From positions 4,445 to 68,444 of the forward strand of contig JAUNBC010000001.1 in the NCBI GenBank assembly GCA_030527285.1: a stretch of 64,000 nucleotides of DNA, written 5' to 3'. Positions 30,856-39,736 of this stretch are shown here, piece after piece (position 1 is the first letter of the stretch; the number at the start of each line of letters is the position of its first letter). The position numbers and the translations under genes were made by a program. Source of the stretch: Bacillota bacterium (GTDB lineage: Bacteria > Bacillota > Dehalobacteriia > UBA4068). Under the pieces are notes generated by a model. It made no database searches. It was not told where the DNA came from and saw nothing but the letters and a program-made list of their open reading frames with translations.

Positions 30856-31164
30856 ATGGCAATTCCGAAATTATCCCCCGAAGAAAGAAGCAAGGCCTTA
30901 GCAAAGGCGCAAAAGATCCGTAGCCAGCGTATGGAGGTTCGTAAAGAACTGAAGTCCGGCAAACTGACCTTGGATAAGGTTTTGAAAGACGCCAACAACG
31001 AAGTTTACGCAAAAATGCGTGTTAAATACTTGCTGGAATCTCTCCCGCAGGTAGGCAAGATCACCGCCGCCAAACTGATGGAAGAGATCGGCATTGACGA
31101 AGCTCGCCGCGTTCAGGGTCTGGGCAGCAGGCAAATTGCCGAGCTTTTGGAGAAGCTGTCCTAA
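30856..31164 (+). CDS. integration host factor-like DNA-binding protein, actinobacterial type (mIHF/sIHF family)
   Basis: 102 aa protein with LS/TPEERSKAL...KLTLDKVLKDA...LLESLPQVGKITAAKLMEEIGI...RRVQGLG.RQ...LLEK. This is colinear with mycobacterial/streptomycete mIHF/sIHF as I recall it, and sits upstream of gmk as in actinobacteria. GGAGGTG RBS. Confidence 0.7.
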   Translation: MAIPKLSPEERSKALAKAQKIRSQRMEVRKELKSGKLTLDKVLKDANNEVYAKMRVKYLLESLPQVGKITAAKLMEEIGIDEARRVQGLGSRQIAELLEKLS

Positions 31165-31191
31165 GCAAGCCATCGTTTCGCAGGAGATATT

Positions 31192-31473
31192 ATGCCGACT
31201 AAGTTGATCAACATCGGTTTTGGCAACCTGGTCTCGGCGAATAGGATAATTGCGATCATAGCCCCGGATTCCGCGCCGATTAAACGCATCGTGCAAGAAG
31301 CGCGGGAGAAGGGGTTATTGATTGACGCCAGCTGCGGCCGGCGTACTCGCGCGGTGATCATTACCGATAGCGGGCATCTTGTTTTGTCATCCTTGCAGCC
31401 GGAGACGATGGGTAATCGCTTTGCCGACGACAATCTTGCCGCCAAAAAACGATACGACGACACAGGTGAATGA
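31192..31473 (+). CDS. remA: extracellular matrix/biofilm regulator RemA (DUF370)
   Basis: [50 protein letters not shown]...S.QPET is near-identical in pattern to B. subtilis RemA (YlzA). Located before gmk. Confidence 0.9.
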   Translation: MPTKLINIGFGNLVSANRIIAIIAPDSAPIKRIVQEAREKGLLIDASCGRRTRAVIITDSGHLVLSSLQPETMGNRFADDNLAAKKRYDDTGE

Positions 31474-31474
31474 C

Positions 31475-32071
31475 ATGCATAAAGAGCGCGGCGTTTTGTT
31501 GGTCGTATCCGGCCCGTCCGGCGTGGGCAAGGGCAGCGTTTGCGCCGCTCTGATCGCCATGGACGAACAGACGACCTATTCCGTCTCCGCCACCACCCGT
31601 GCTCCGCGCAGGGGCGAGGTCGATGGCGTCAATTACTATTATATCTCCGCCGAACGGTTCGCGGCAAAAATAGCAGCCGGGGATTTTCTCGAATACGCCA
31701 CGGTGTACGGCAATTATTACGGCACGCCGCGAGCCGAGGTCGAACGGTTGCTGGCCGCCGGCAAGAACGTCATTTTAGAGATCGACACGCAAGGGGCGAT
31801 GCAGGTCAAGGCCGCTTGTCCGCAGGGCGTATTGGTATTCATCCTGCCGCCGTCTATCGAGGAGCTGCGCCGCCGCATCACTGCGCGCGGCTCGGAAACG
31901 CCGGAAAGCCTGAATTTGCGCCTGTCGCGCGCCGAGGCCGAGATGGCAATGGCGGAGCAATACGATTACCGCGTCGTCAATAGCGATATCGAGACCGCGG
32001 CAGCCGAGCTGCTGCGTATTATCAACGAAGTCAAGGCAAGCCGAAGGAAAGGGAGTTACGATGCTGAATAA
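31475..32071 (+). CDS. gmk: guanylate kinase
   Basis: P-loop GPSGVGKGS and guanylate kinase signature. The start ATG at 31475 lies 1 nt after the remA stop; the ORF track start at 31379 is an upstream in-frame extension overlapping remA. Confidence 0.95.
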   Translation: MHKERGVLLVVSGPSGVGKGSVCAALIAMDEQTTYSVSATTRAPRRGEVDGVNYYYISAERFAAKIAAGDFLEYATVYGNYYGTPRAEVERLLAAGKNVILEIDTQGAMQVKAACPQGVLVFILPPSIEELRRRITARGSETPESLNLRLSRAEAEMAMAEQYDYRVVNSDIETAAAELLRIINEVKASRRKGSYDAE

Positions 32072-32279
32072 ACCCTCGATCAATACGCTGATGAAGAATG
32101 TCGATTCCAAATATACGCTGGTCATCTTAGCCGCCAAGCGGGCGCGTTCGGTGATCGACGATAATCCCGACCTACTGGCCGCCGGCGCGATCAATCCGGT
32201 ATCGCTGGCCTTGGACGAGGTATCTGAGGGCAAATTGAGCTGGGAAAACGCCAAAAACAGCGTGGAGAGAAAATCCTAA
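32061..32279 (+). CDS. rpoZ: DNA-directed RNA polymerase subunit omega
   Basis: 72 aa with the RpoZ signature (YTLVILAAKRAR). Conserved gmk-rpoZ adjacency. Confidence 0.9.
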   Translation: MLNKPSINTLMKNVDSKYTLVILAAKRARSVIDDNPDLLAAGAINPVSLALDEVSEGKLSWENAKNSVERKS

Positions 32280-32312
32280 ACCCGCCGCTATGTGAAAGAT
32301 AAGGGTGATAAG

Positions 32313-33491
32313 ATGTTAACAGGGAAGAGGATTACCGTCGGCATCACCGGCGGTATAGCTGCATATAAGGCTGCCGAGCTGGTCAGCCGCCTGCGCAAGG
32401 CTAATGGCACGGTGCAGGTGGTGATGACGGCCTCCGCCTGCCGCCTGATCTCGTCGCTGACGCTGAAAACGCTGTCCGGCCGCCCGGTGGCGGTGGATAT
32501 CATGGACGAGAGCGGCGAGTGGAATGTGCCGCATATCGACTGCGCCGCCTGCGACCTGTTCGTGGTCGTGCCCGCTACCGCCAATTTTCTCGCCAAGGCC
32601 GCCTGCGGACTGGCCGACGACGTGCTGAGCGCGGCTTGGCTGGCCTGCACCGCGCCCAAGCTGATCGCTCCGGCCATGCATTGCGATATGTACGCCAATG
32701 CCGCCACCGCCGCCAATATCGCCATCCTGCGCGCCCGCGGCTGCGAATTCGTCGAGCCGGGTCACGGGCGTTTGGCCTGCGGAGCCGTGGGGCAAGGGCG
32801 CCTGGCGGATATCGACGTTATCGAGAGCGCGATAATTGCGCAGCTGCTGCCGGACCGTCCCTTGGCCGGCAAAAGGGTGCTGGTCACCGCCGGCCCCACC
32901 CATGAGTATATCGACCCGGTGCGCTATATCGCCAACCGCAGCTCCGGCAAAATGGGCTATGCCTGCGCCGAGGCCGCCGCGCAAGCCGGAGCCGAGGTGA
33001 CGCTGATCTCCGGCCCGAGCAAATTGGCCGCGCCCGTTGGCGTGCATAAGGTGGACGTGGTATCGGCGGCGCAAATGTATGACGCGGTATGGTCGGCTTA
33101 TGCCGGCTGCGATATCGTGATCATGGCGGCGGCGGTAGCGGATTACCGCGTGGCCGATATAGCCGCCAATAAACTGAAAAAGCAACAGGGCATGCGGCTG
33201 GAGCTGGTGCAGAACGCCGATATACTCGCCTCGCTGGGCGCTGATAAAGGCGGGCGGCTGCTGATCGGCTTTGCCGCCGAGACCGAGGATACCGAGGCCT
33301 ATGCCCGCGCTAAGCTTCGCGATAAGAACTTGGATATGATCGTCGCCAACGACGTGTCCGCCGCGGACGCCGGTTTTGACGTCGATACCAATATCATCAC
33401 AATGATCACCGCCGATAGCTGCGAGAGCCTGCCTTTGCTCAGTAAACGCGAGGCGGCGCGGGCGATCATCGCCAAAATTTGCCAACTGTAA
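32313..33491 (+). CDS. coaBC: bifunctional phosphopantothenoylcysteine decarboxylase / phosphopantothenate--cysteine ligase CoaBC
   Basis: N-terminal flavoprotein domain (ITVGITGGIAAYKA) plus a C-terminal DFP/CoaB domain. The probable start is the ATG at 32313. Confidence 0.95.
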   Translation: MLTGKRITVGITGGIAAYKAAELVSRLRKANGTVQVVMTASACRLISSLTLKTLSGRPVAVDIMDESGEWNVPHIDCAACDLFVVVPATANFLAKAACGLADDVLSAAWLACTAPKLIAPAMHCDMYANAATAANIAILRARGCEFVEPGHGRLACGAVGQGRLADIDVIESAIIAQLLPDRPLAGKRVLVTAGPTHEYIDPVRYIANRSSGKMGYACAEAAAQAGAEVTLISGPSKLAAPVGVHKVDVVSAAQMYDAVWSAYAGCDIVIMAAAVADYRVADIAANKLKKQQGMRLELVQNADILASLGADKGGRLLIGFAAETEDTEAYARAKLRDKNLDMIVANDVSAADAGFDVDTNIITMITADSCESLPLLSKREAARAIIAKICQL

Positions 33492-33497
33492 GGAGAT

Positions 33498-34685
33498 ATG
33501 CCAATGACAAGACTGTTTACTTCCGAATCGGTGACGGAAGGCCATCCCGATAAAATAGCAGACGCCGTATCCGACGCGGTTTTGGACGCGATGCTGGCGC
33601 AGGATAAGAACAGCCGCGTTGCCTGCGAGACCTTCGTCACCACCGGTTTGGTGTTGGTATCCGGCGAGATCACTACCGAATGCTATATCGACATCCCGCA
33701 TTTAGTGCGCGAGGTGATACGCGATATCGGCTATACGCGCGCCAAATACGGCTTCGATTGCGATACCTGCGCTGTGATGACCGCCATCGACGAGCAATCC
33801 GGCGATATCGCGCTGGGCGTGGATAAGGCGCTGGAGCAAAAGCTTGGCGATACCGATGCTTATGCCAGCATCGGCGCCGGCGATCAGGGAATGATGTTCG
33901 GCTATGCCTGCGACGATACCCCCGAGCTGATGCCGCTGCCCATCTATCTTGCGCATCAGCTGACGCGCAAAATGGCCGCGGTGCGCAAGTCCGACCCGCA
34001 TTCGCCGATGCTGCCCGACGGTAAAAGCCAGGTTACTGTCGAGTATGACGATAACGATCGCCCGCTGCGTGTGGATACGGTAGTTATCTCCACCCAGCAT
34101 CGCGCTGAGGTCAGTCTGGAAGAATTGCGTCCCTTCATCATCGAGCAGGTGATAAAATCGACGATACCGGCGGAGCTGCTGGATCAACGCACGCGCTATT
34201 TGGTCAATCCTACCGGACGCTTCGTCATCGGCGGGCCGCAGGGCGATACCGGCCTCACCGGGCGCAAGATCATCGTTGATACCTATGGCGGCATGTCGCG
34301 GCATGGCGGCGGCGCTTTTTCCGGCAAGGACCCGACCAAGGTCGACCGTTCCGCTTCCTATATGGCGCGCTATATGGCCAAGAATATCGTGGCCGCCGGT
34401 TTGGCCGCGCGCTGCGAGGTGCAGCTGTCCTACGCTATCGGCGTGGCCGAGCCTTTGTCGCTGAACGTCGATTGTTTCGGCACGGCTAAGGTCTTTGAGC
34501 AAAAGTTAGTGCAAGCGCTGCGGCAGGTGTTTGACGCGCGTCCGGCGGCGATCATCGAGCAATTTGAGCTGCGGCGGCCCATTTACCGCCGTATCACCAA
34601 TTACGGGCATTTTGGTCGGCCGGAGCTTGACCTGCCCTGGGAGCGCGTCGATAAGACCGAGGCGTTGCTGGCGGCGCTTAAGTAA
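33498..34685 (+). CDS. metK: S-adenosylmethionine synthase
   Basis: Canonical MetK ([20 protein letters not shown], and the [10 protein letters not shown]-loop-like motif). Only 6 nt after coaBC, so there is no room for a SAM riboswitch. Confidence 0.97.
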   Translation: MPMTRLFTSESVTEGHPDKIADAVSDAVLDAMLAQDKNSRVACETFVTTGLVLVSGEITTECYIDIPHLVREVIRDIGYTRAKYGFDCDTCAVMTAIDEQSGDIALGVDKALEQKLGDTDAYASIGAGDQGMMFGYACDDTPELMPLPIYLAHQLTRKMAAVRKSDPHSPMLPDGKSQVTVEYDDNDRPLRVDTVVISTQHRAEVSLEELRPFIIEQVIKSTIPAELLDQRTRYLVNPTGRFVIGGPQGDTGLTGRKIIVDTYGGMSRHGGGAFSGKDPTKVDRSASYMARYMAKNIVAAGLAARCEVQLSYAIGVAEPLSLNVDCFGTAKVFEQKLVQALRQVFDARPAAIIEQFELRRPIYRRITNYGHFGRPELDLPWERVDKTEALLAALK

Positions 34686-34781
34686 AGCGCCGGCTCGTCC
34701 ATTGTCCGCGCTTAGTCCGGCTTGTTGCTGAATGCGCCGGAGGATTTGCGGGTCTTCGGACAGCCTCGCGTATAACGGCTA

Positions 34782-34811
34782 CTCCTTTCGCCAAAACTAT
34801 GGCGAAAGGAG
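34782..34811 (+). promoter_or_regulatory. perfect 11-bp inverted repeat enclosing the RBS of the downstream PBP gene
   Basis: CTCCTTTCGCC-N8-GGCGAAAGGAG. The 3' arm contains the AAGGAG Shine-Dalgarno, 8 nt before the ATG at 34819. Confidence 0.35.
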
Positions 34812-34818
34812 TTTTCTT

Positions 34819-36558
34819 ATGAGCGAAAAACGTGCGCTGATCACCGGCCTGCTGCTGCTGGCGCTGTTTATGGCGGTGATCGGACGCTTGGCCTATCTGG
34901 TATTCGCGGCAGGGGAGACGCTGTCCGCCGCCGCCGTACAGCAAAACACGCGCTCATTAGACTATTATCAGTATGCGCGCGGTGATATCTATGACCGGCT
35001 GGGACGGCGGCTGACCGGCGCGGATAGCGTTTGCCTGGTCGTTTATCCGTCGATGCTCGACGATACGGCGGCCGTGGCCGAGCGCTTGGCGCTGCTGTTG
35101 GGCGAGGACGGCGCGCGCACCGCCGAGCTGCTGCAAGCGGGGATGGCAAATATGCCCGCGCCCTTCATCCTCAAGACCGGACTGGATATGGAGCAGGCGG
35201 CGGCGGTGGAGGAGGCGCAGCTGGCGGGCGTATTCGTGCTGGAATTAGCGGCGCGCTACGCGGCGGACGCGCCGGCGGCGCATCTGTTGGGGCGGGTCGC
35301 GCCGCTGGGGGAAGGCGGCGCGTATATCGGGGTCAGCGGCTTGGAGGCCGCCTATGAGCAGCTGCTCAGCGGGCGCGTGGACGCGCGCGTGGTCGCCAAT
35401 GTCGACGCCGCCGGCAATATCTCGCGTCAACAGTTATATCTCGACATACCGTCCGAAAAAAGCACAGCGTCAATACAGCTGACGCTCGATCTCGATTATC
35501 AGCAGTTAGCCGAGCGTGCGCTGGAAGGTCATAGCGGCGCTTGCGTGCTGCTGGAGGCGGCGAGCGGCGATATCGCGGCTATGGTCTCCGCGCCCGGCTT
35601 CGACCCTTACGGTTGGCGGGATGCGGCGGACGGCGCGTATTTGAACAAGGCTTTATGCGCTTACCCGCCGGCCTCCGCCTTCAAGCTGCTGCTGGCGATC
35701 GCCGCCTTGGACAGCGACGCCGTTTTGCCGCAAGCCGCCGATATGCGGCTCGATGCTGAGCAGGCGGCGGCGGAAGAGGGCGCGGAGGATAGCGCGGAAG
35801 AGGGCGCGGAGGGCGGCGCAACCGCGGACGAGCCGCCGCCCGACGGCCCGTATAGCTGCGCCGGCTATTATGCGCTGGGATCAGGCCTGCATATCAACTG
35901 CTGGCAGCGCGACGGCCATGGCGAGATCGATCTGCAACAGGCGCTGATCTACTCCTGCAACAGCTATTTTATCGCCTTGGGGCAGAAATTAGGCGGCGCG
36001 GTGATCGAAGAATATGCGCGCAGATGCGGCCTGCTCGATCTGAGCATCGGCGGCTATGAAATAGAAGCCGAGGACTATTTGCGCTTCAACCGGCAGGTCG
36101 AGGGCGATATCGCCAATGTGTCGATCGGCGAGCAGGGCGTGCGTCTGACGCCGCTAACCTTGGCGCAGCTATATTGCATCGTCGCCAACGGCGGCTATCG
36201 CGTATGGCCGCGCTTGGTCAGCTCGATCAGCGATGCGCAGGGTACGCTGACCGAGATCGAGCCGCATACGCCGGAGCGCGTCATTTCCGCCGAGCATGCC
36301 GGACTGCTGCAACAGACGCTTATCGCGGCGGTGCAGCAGGGCACCGGCGGCGCGGCGGCTGATTGCCTGCTCGGCGGCGGCGGCAAGACCGGCACTTCCG
36401 AGGATGCGGGCGTATGGTTCGTCGGTTTCGCGCCGGAGGAGCAGCCGCGCTGGGTGCTGGCGGTATATATAGAGGACGCGGACAGCGCTGCTGTCGCCGC
36501 GGAGTGCTGGCAGCAGATAATTGACGATATAGCCATCCTGGAAGGTCTCGCCGAGTAG
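34819..36558 (+). CDS. class B penicillin-binding protein (transpeptidase, no PASTA domains) with an acidic low-complexity insert
   Basis: N-terminal TM, SAFK / SCN / KTGT transpeptidase motifs, and an insert EQAAAEEGAEDSAEEGAEGGATADEPPPDG. The probable start is the ATG at 34819 (AAAGGAG RBS); the ORF track starts at 34732. Confidence 0.85.
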   Translation: MSEKRALITGLLLLALFMAVIGRLAYLVFAAGETLSAAAVQQNTRSLDYYQYARGDIYDRLGRRLTGADSVCLVVYPSMLDDTAAVAERLALLLGEDGARTAELLQAGMANMPAPFILKTGLDMEQAAAVEEAQLAGVFVLELAARYAADAPAAHLLGRVAPLGEGGAYIGVSGLEAAYEQLLSGRVDARVVANVDAAGNISRQQLYLDIPSEKSTASIQLTLDLDYQQLAERALEGHSGACVLLEAASGDIAAMVSAPGFDPYGWRDAADGAYLNKALCAYPPASAFKLLLAIAALDSDAVLPQAADMRLDAEQAAAEEGAEDSAEEGAEGGATADEPPPDGPYSCAGYYALGSGLHINCWQRDGHGEIDLQQALIYSCNSYFIALGQKLGGAVIEEYARRCGLLDLSIGGYEIEAEDYLRFNRQVEGDIANVSIGEQGVRLTPLTLAQLYCIVANGGYRVWPRLVSSISDAQGTLTEIEPHTPERVISAEHAGLLQQTLIAAVQQGTGGAAADCLLGGGGKTGTSEDAGVWFVGFAPEEQPRWVLAVYIEDADSAAVAAECWQQIIDDIAILEGLAE

Positions 36559-36651
36559 GGCGTCTTTGATAAACGCCGGCAAATATTTTCATACAGGCAC
36601 CATTATCCGCACCGCGCATAGACTGTAGCAAACAGCGGCGGAGGTAGAGAA

Positions 36652-37341
36652 ATGCGCCTGTTGATCGGCAAGCGGCAACTGTATCGAGCGGTATTTATCG
36701 CCTATCTGCACAATAGTATTTTCCCGCCGCTGCTGAGCGCGGCGGAGGAGGCTGACTGTATCGCGCGTATGGGCGCGGGCGAGCAGCAGGCGCGTAATAT
36801 GCTGATCGAGCACAATCTGCGGCTGGTGGCTTATATCTGCAAAAAATTCGATATGAGCGGCGTGGATAAGGACGACCTGATCTCCATCGGCACCATCGGC
36901 CTGATCAAGGCCATCGACAGTTTCTCGCCGCAGCGCGGCGCGCGTCTGGCCACCTATGCGGCGCGCTGTATCGAAAACGAGGTGCTGATGCATCTGCGTT
37001 CGCTGAAAAACGTAAAAACGGAGATGTCGCTGCAAGACCCGGTAGGGGTGGATAAAGAGGGCAATGAGGTGACGCTGCTGGATATACTCGGCCATCGCGG
37101 CGAAACGGTGACCGAACAGGTAGAGTTCGCTGAAGAATTGCGTCTGCTGCGCGGCAAACTGACGGTGCTGGACGAGCGCGAACGCTACGTCATCTGCTTG
37201 CGTTACGGCATCGGCGAACAGCCGCGGCTGACGCAGCGGCAGATCGCGCAGCGTTTGGGCATTTCCCGCTCCTATGTGTCGCGGATCGAGAAAAAGGCCG
37301 TCGCCAAGCTGGCGGCGGCGCTGCGGCAGGATATCGGCTGA
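36652..37341 (+). CDS. sigK: RNA polymerase sporulation sigma factor pro-sigma-K (intact, uninterrupted)
   Basis: Strong similarity to B. subtilis SigK, including the pro-sequence region (Y..N..FP.PLS..EE), ARNMLIEHNLRLVA and the C-terminal region-4 block REIA..LGISRSYVSRIEK.A. Full sigma-70 regions 2-4 in one ORF. Confidence 0.85.
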   Translation: MRLLIGKRQLYRAVFIAYLHNSIFPPLLSAAEEADCIARMGAGEQQARNMLIEHNLRLVAYICKKFDMSGVDKDDLISIGTIGLIKAIDSFSPQRGARLATYAARCIENEVLMHLRSLKNVKTEMSLQDPVGVDKEGNEVTLLDILGHRGETVTEQVEFAEELRLLRGKLTVLDERERYVICLRYGIGEQPRLTQRQIAQRLGISRSYVSRIEKKAVAKLAAALRQDIG

Positions 37342-37380
37342 TAGCGACGAATTACTGATAAGCTGGCAAAGGAGGGCTTA

Positions 37381-38382
37381 TTGATGTCGCAATTGCTCGC
37401 TAAGATCACCCGCGGAGATATCGCGGAATTACTGCTGCGCGGTTTCATCGTGGTGGCGCAGGGTCAGGGTGAGATCAGCCATAGCGTCGGCAATGCCCAA
37501 TACCTGACCTATATGCGCTCCGCTGCTAAACCGCTGCAAACCTCGGCGGCGCTGGAGGCCGGCGTTCTCGATAAATTCGACTTCAGCGATCAGGAGCTGG
37601 CGATCATGTGCGGCTCCCATAGCGGCGAGGATTGCCATGTGCGCGTGCTCGATTCGATATTCAATAAGATCGGCTGCATCGAGGACGATCTGACGCTGGG
37701 CGAGGATCTGTCCATCGACCACAAGCTGCGCGAGCGGCGGCTGGTCGAGCATATCGCCCCGCGCAGGTTTTTCAATAACTGCTCGGGTAAGCATAGCTGT
37801 ATGCTTGCCTTATGCCGCTATTTTGACTGGGATATCGCCGCCTATCAGCTGCCGGAGCATCCGGTGCAGCAGTTGATCTTGGACACGGTTTCCGGCTATA
37901 CCGGCGTGGACAAGCGGCAAATACACGTCGGCGTGGACGGCTGCGGCGTGCCGGTGTTCGGCCTGCCGCTGTATAATATGGCGCTGGCTTATCTGCGTCT
38001 GGGCAACAGCGACCTGCTGAGCGGCGCGCGCGCCGACGCGGCGCGGCGTATCTGCGCGGCTTTGGCCGCTTATCCGCTGATGATCGCCGGTCACGGCCAG
38101 TTTTGCTCGGAGCTGATCGCGGTGACCGGCGGCCGCATCATCGCCAAGCTGGGCGCGGACGGCGTGATGTGCCTGACGGTGCGCGACGGCCATCTGGCGG
38201 CGGCGATCAAGATCGAGGACGGCTATATGCCGGCCTTAGCGCCGGTGACGATGTCGCTGCTGCAACAGCTCGACCTGCTCGGCAGCAGCGAGCGCGCGGC
38301 GCTGTCCGCTTTTGCGCGCATGGATAATATCAACTGTCAGAAGCAGGTAGTGGGGCAGTTATCAGCCGCCTTCAGCTTATAG
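37381..38382 (+). CDS. asparaginase II family protein (PF06089-like)
   Basis: Global pattern (RG.I.E..H.G...V.....YLRSAAKP.Q...) resembles the L-asparaginase II / 'asparaginase_II' family. Functional assignment is tentative. Confidence 0.6.
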   Translation: MMSQLLAKITRGDIAELLLRGFIVVAQGQGEISHSVGNAQYLTYMRSAAKPLQTSAALEAGVLDKFDFSDQELAIMCGSHSGEDCHVRVLDSIFNKIGCIEDDLTLGEDLSIDHKLRERRLVEHIAPRRFFNNCSGKHSCMLALCRYFDWDIAAYQLPEHPVQQLILDTVSGYTGVDKRQIHVGVDGCGVPVFGLPLYNMALAYLRLGNSDLLSGARADAARRICAALAAYPLMIAGHGQFCSELIAVTGGRIIAKLGADGVMCLTVRDGHLAAAIKIEDGYMPALAPVTMSLLQQLDLLGSSERAALSAFARMDNINCQKQVVGQLSAAFSL

Positions 38383-38427
38383 ATAGCCGGTGTTTGCCGA
38401 TAGCGTCATCATCAGAGGATAACCGAC

Positions 38428-38922
38428 ATGTCATTTACCGCCAACTTTAAGCCCGATCTGCATGTCGCGGCTGTTACCGATATACCGCTGGCCGAGCTAT
38501 GGCAAAACGGCGTACGCGGCCTGCTGTTCGACGTGGACAATACGATCGCGCTGTGGCGTTCGCCGGAGCTGAGCGCGGAAGTACGCCGATGGTTCGCGGA
38601 GCTGCCGGCGCTGGGCTTTTGCGCCTGCCTGCTCTCCAACAGCGACAGGGCGCGCGTTGAGCCGCTGGCGGCGGCGCTGAACATACCTTATATTTACAGA
38701 GCAAAAAAGCCCGCCGCGGCAGGCTTCAAGCGGGCAGGCGATTTGTTGCGGCTGGATAAACGGCAGCTGGCGATGGTCGGCGATCAATTGTTCACCGATA
38801 TTTACGGCGCCAGACGCGCCGGTATCTATGCGATACTGGTCGATTATATCGACCCCCGCGAATTTGCCGGTACGCGCCATATTTCGCGCCGTGCCGAGCG
38901 TTTAGTCAAACGCCGCTGGTAA
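38428..38922 (+). CDS. yqeG: YqeG family HAD-IIIA phosphatase
   Basis: HAD motif I (LLFDVDNTI) and the overall YqeG pattern. 164 aa. Confidence 0.8.
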   Translation: MSFTANFKPDLHVAAVTDIPLAELWQNGVRGLLFDVDNTIALWRSPELSAEVRRWFAELPALGFCACLLSNSDRARVEPLAAALNIPYIYRAKKPAAAGFKRAGDLLRLDKRQLAMVGDQLFTDIYGARRAGIYAILVDYIDPREFAGTRHISRRAERLVKRRW

Positions 38923-38926
38923 CAGG

Positions 38927-39736
38927 TTACTTTTGCCGGTGCTCTTCCCAAGCCGCCGCGATCGCGGCGGCTATATCTATGTCCGCGTTTGCAGCGGGCG
39001 TTTTTACGGCATAGAGCAGGTATTCGATATTGCCGTCCGCGCCGGTTATCGGCGAATGGCTGAGTCCGCGCACGCTCAAGCTCTGCTCCGTGCAGAAACC
39101 GAGCAGCTTTTCCAACACCGCCTGATGCACCTTGCGGTCGCGTACCACGCCGCCCTTGCCCACGTGCTCGCGTCCGGCCTCGAATTGCGGCTTCACCAGC
39201 GCCGCCAGCTCGCCGCCGGGTTTGAGCAGGCAGTCGATGGCGGCGGGCAGCGCCAGCGTCAGCGAGATGAAAGAAACGTCGGCGGTGATGACGTCGATAT
39301 CCGCCTCGACCAGCTCGCGGCTCAGAAAGCGCGCATTGGTCTTTTCCAGCGTGGTGACGCGCGCGTCCGAGCGCAGCGACCAGTCCAATTGCCCATAGCC
39401 GACGTCCACGGCGTAAACATGCCGCGCGCCATGCTGCAAGGCGCAATCGACGAAACCGCCGGTAGACGCGCCGATATCCAATACCAGCTTGCCTTGCAGG
39501 TCGATACCGAAGCAGTCGATGGCCTTGGCCAGCTTCAGCCCGCCGCGCGACACATAGGGCAGGCGTTTGCCGAGCAGCCTGATCCGCGCCTGTTCGTCCA
39601 CCGCCGCGCCGGCCTTGTCGAGCTTTTGCTCATCGACCAGCACCTCGCCGGCCATGATCGCGGCGCGCGCCTGCTCCCGGGAGGGGAACAGCCCTCTATT
39701 CACCAATAATATGTCCAAACGCAGCTTATTTTTCAT
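38927..39736 (-). CDS. tlyA: TlyA family rRNA (cytidine-2'-O)-methyltransferase
   Basis: N-terminal S4 domain (RLDILLV..GL..SR..A) and an FtsJ-like methyltransferase domain (DIGASTGGF). Overlaps dxs by 11 nt, in the same orientation. Confidence 0.9.
   Translation of the reverse strand: MKNKLRLDILLVNRGLFPSREQARAAIMAGEVLVDEQKLDKAGAAVDEQARIRLLGKRLPYVSRGGLKLAKAIDCFGIDLQGKLVLDIGASTGGFVDCALQHGARHVYAVDVGYGQLDWSLRSDARVTTLEKTNARFLSRELVEADIDVITADVSFISLTLALPAAIDCLLKPGGELAALVKPQFEAGREHVGKGGVVRDRKVHQAVLEKLLGFCTEQSLSVRGLSHSPITGADGNIEYLLYAVKTPAANADIDIAAAIAAAWEEHRQK

Noticed and set aside
33492-33497. Expected SAM-I riboswitch upstream of metK
   Set aside because: Only 6 nt separate coaBC and metK, so metK is co-transcribed and there is no leader.
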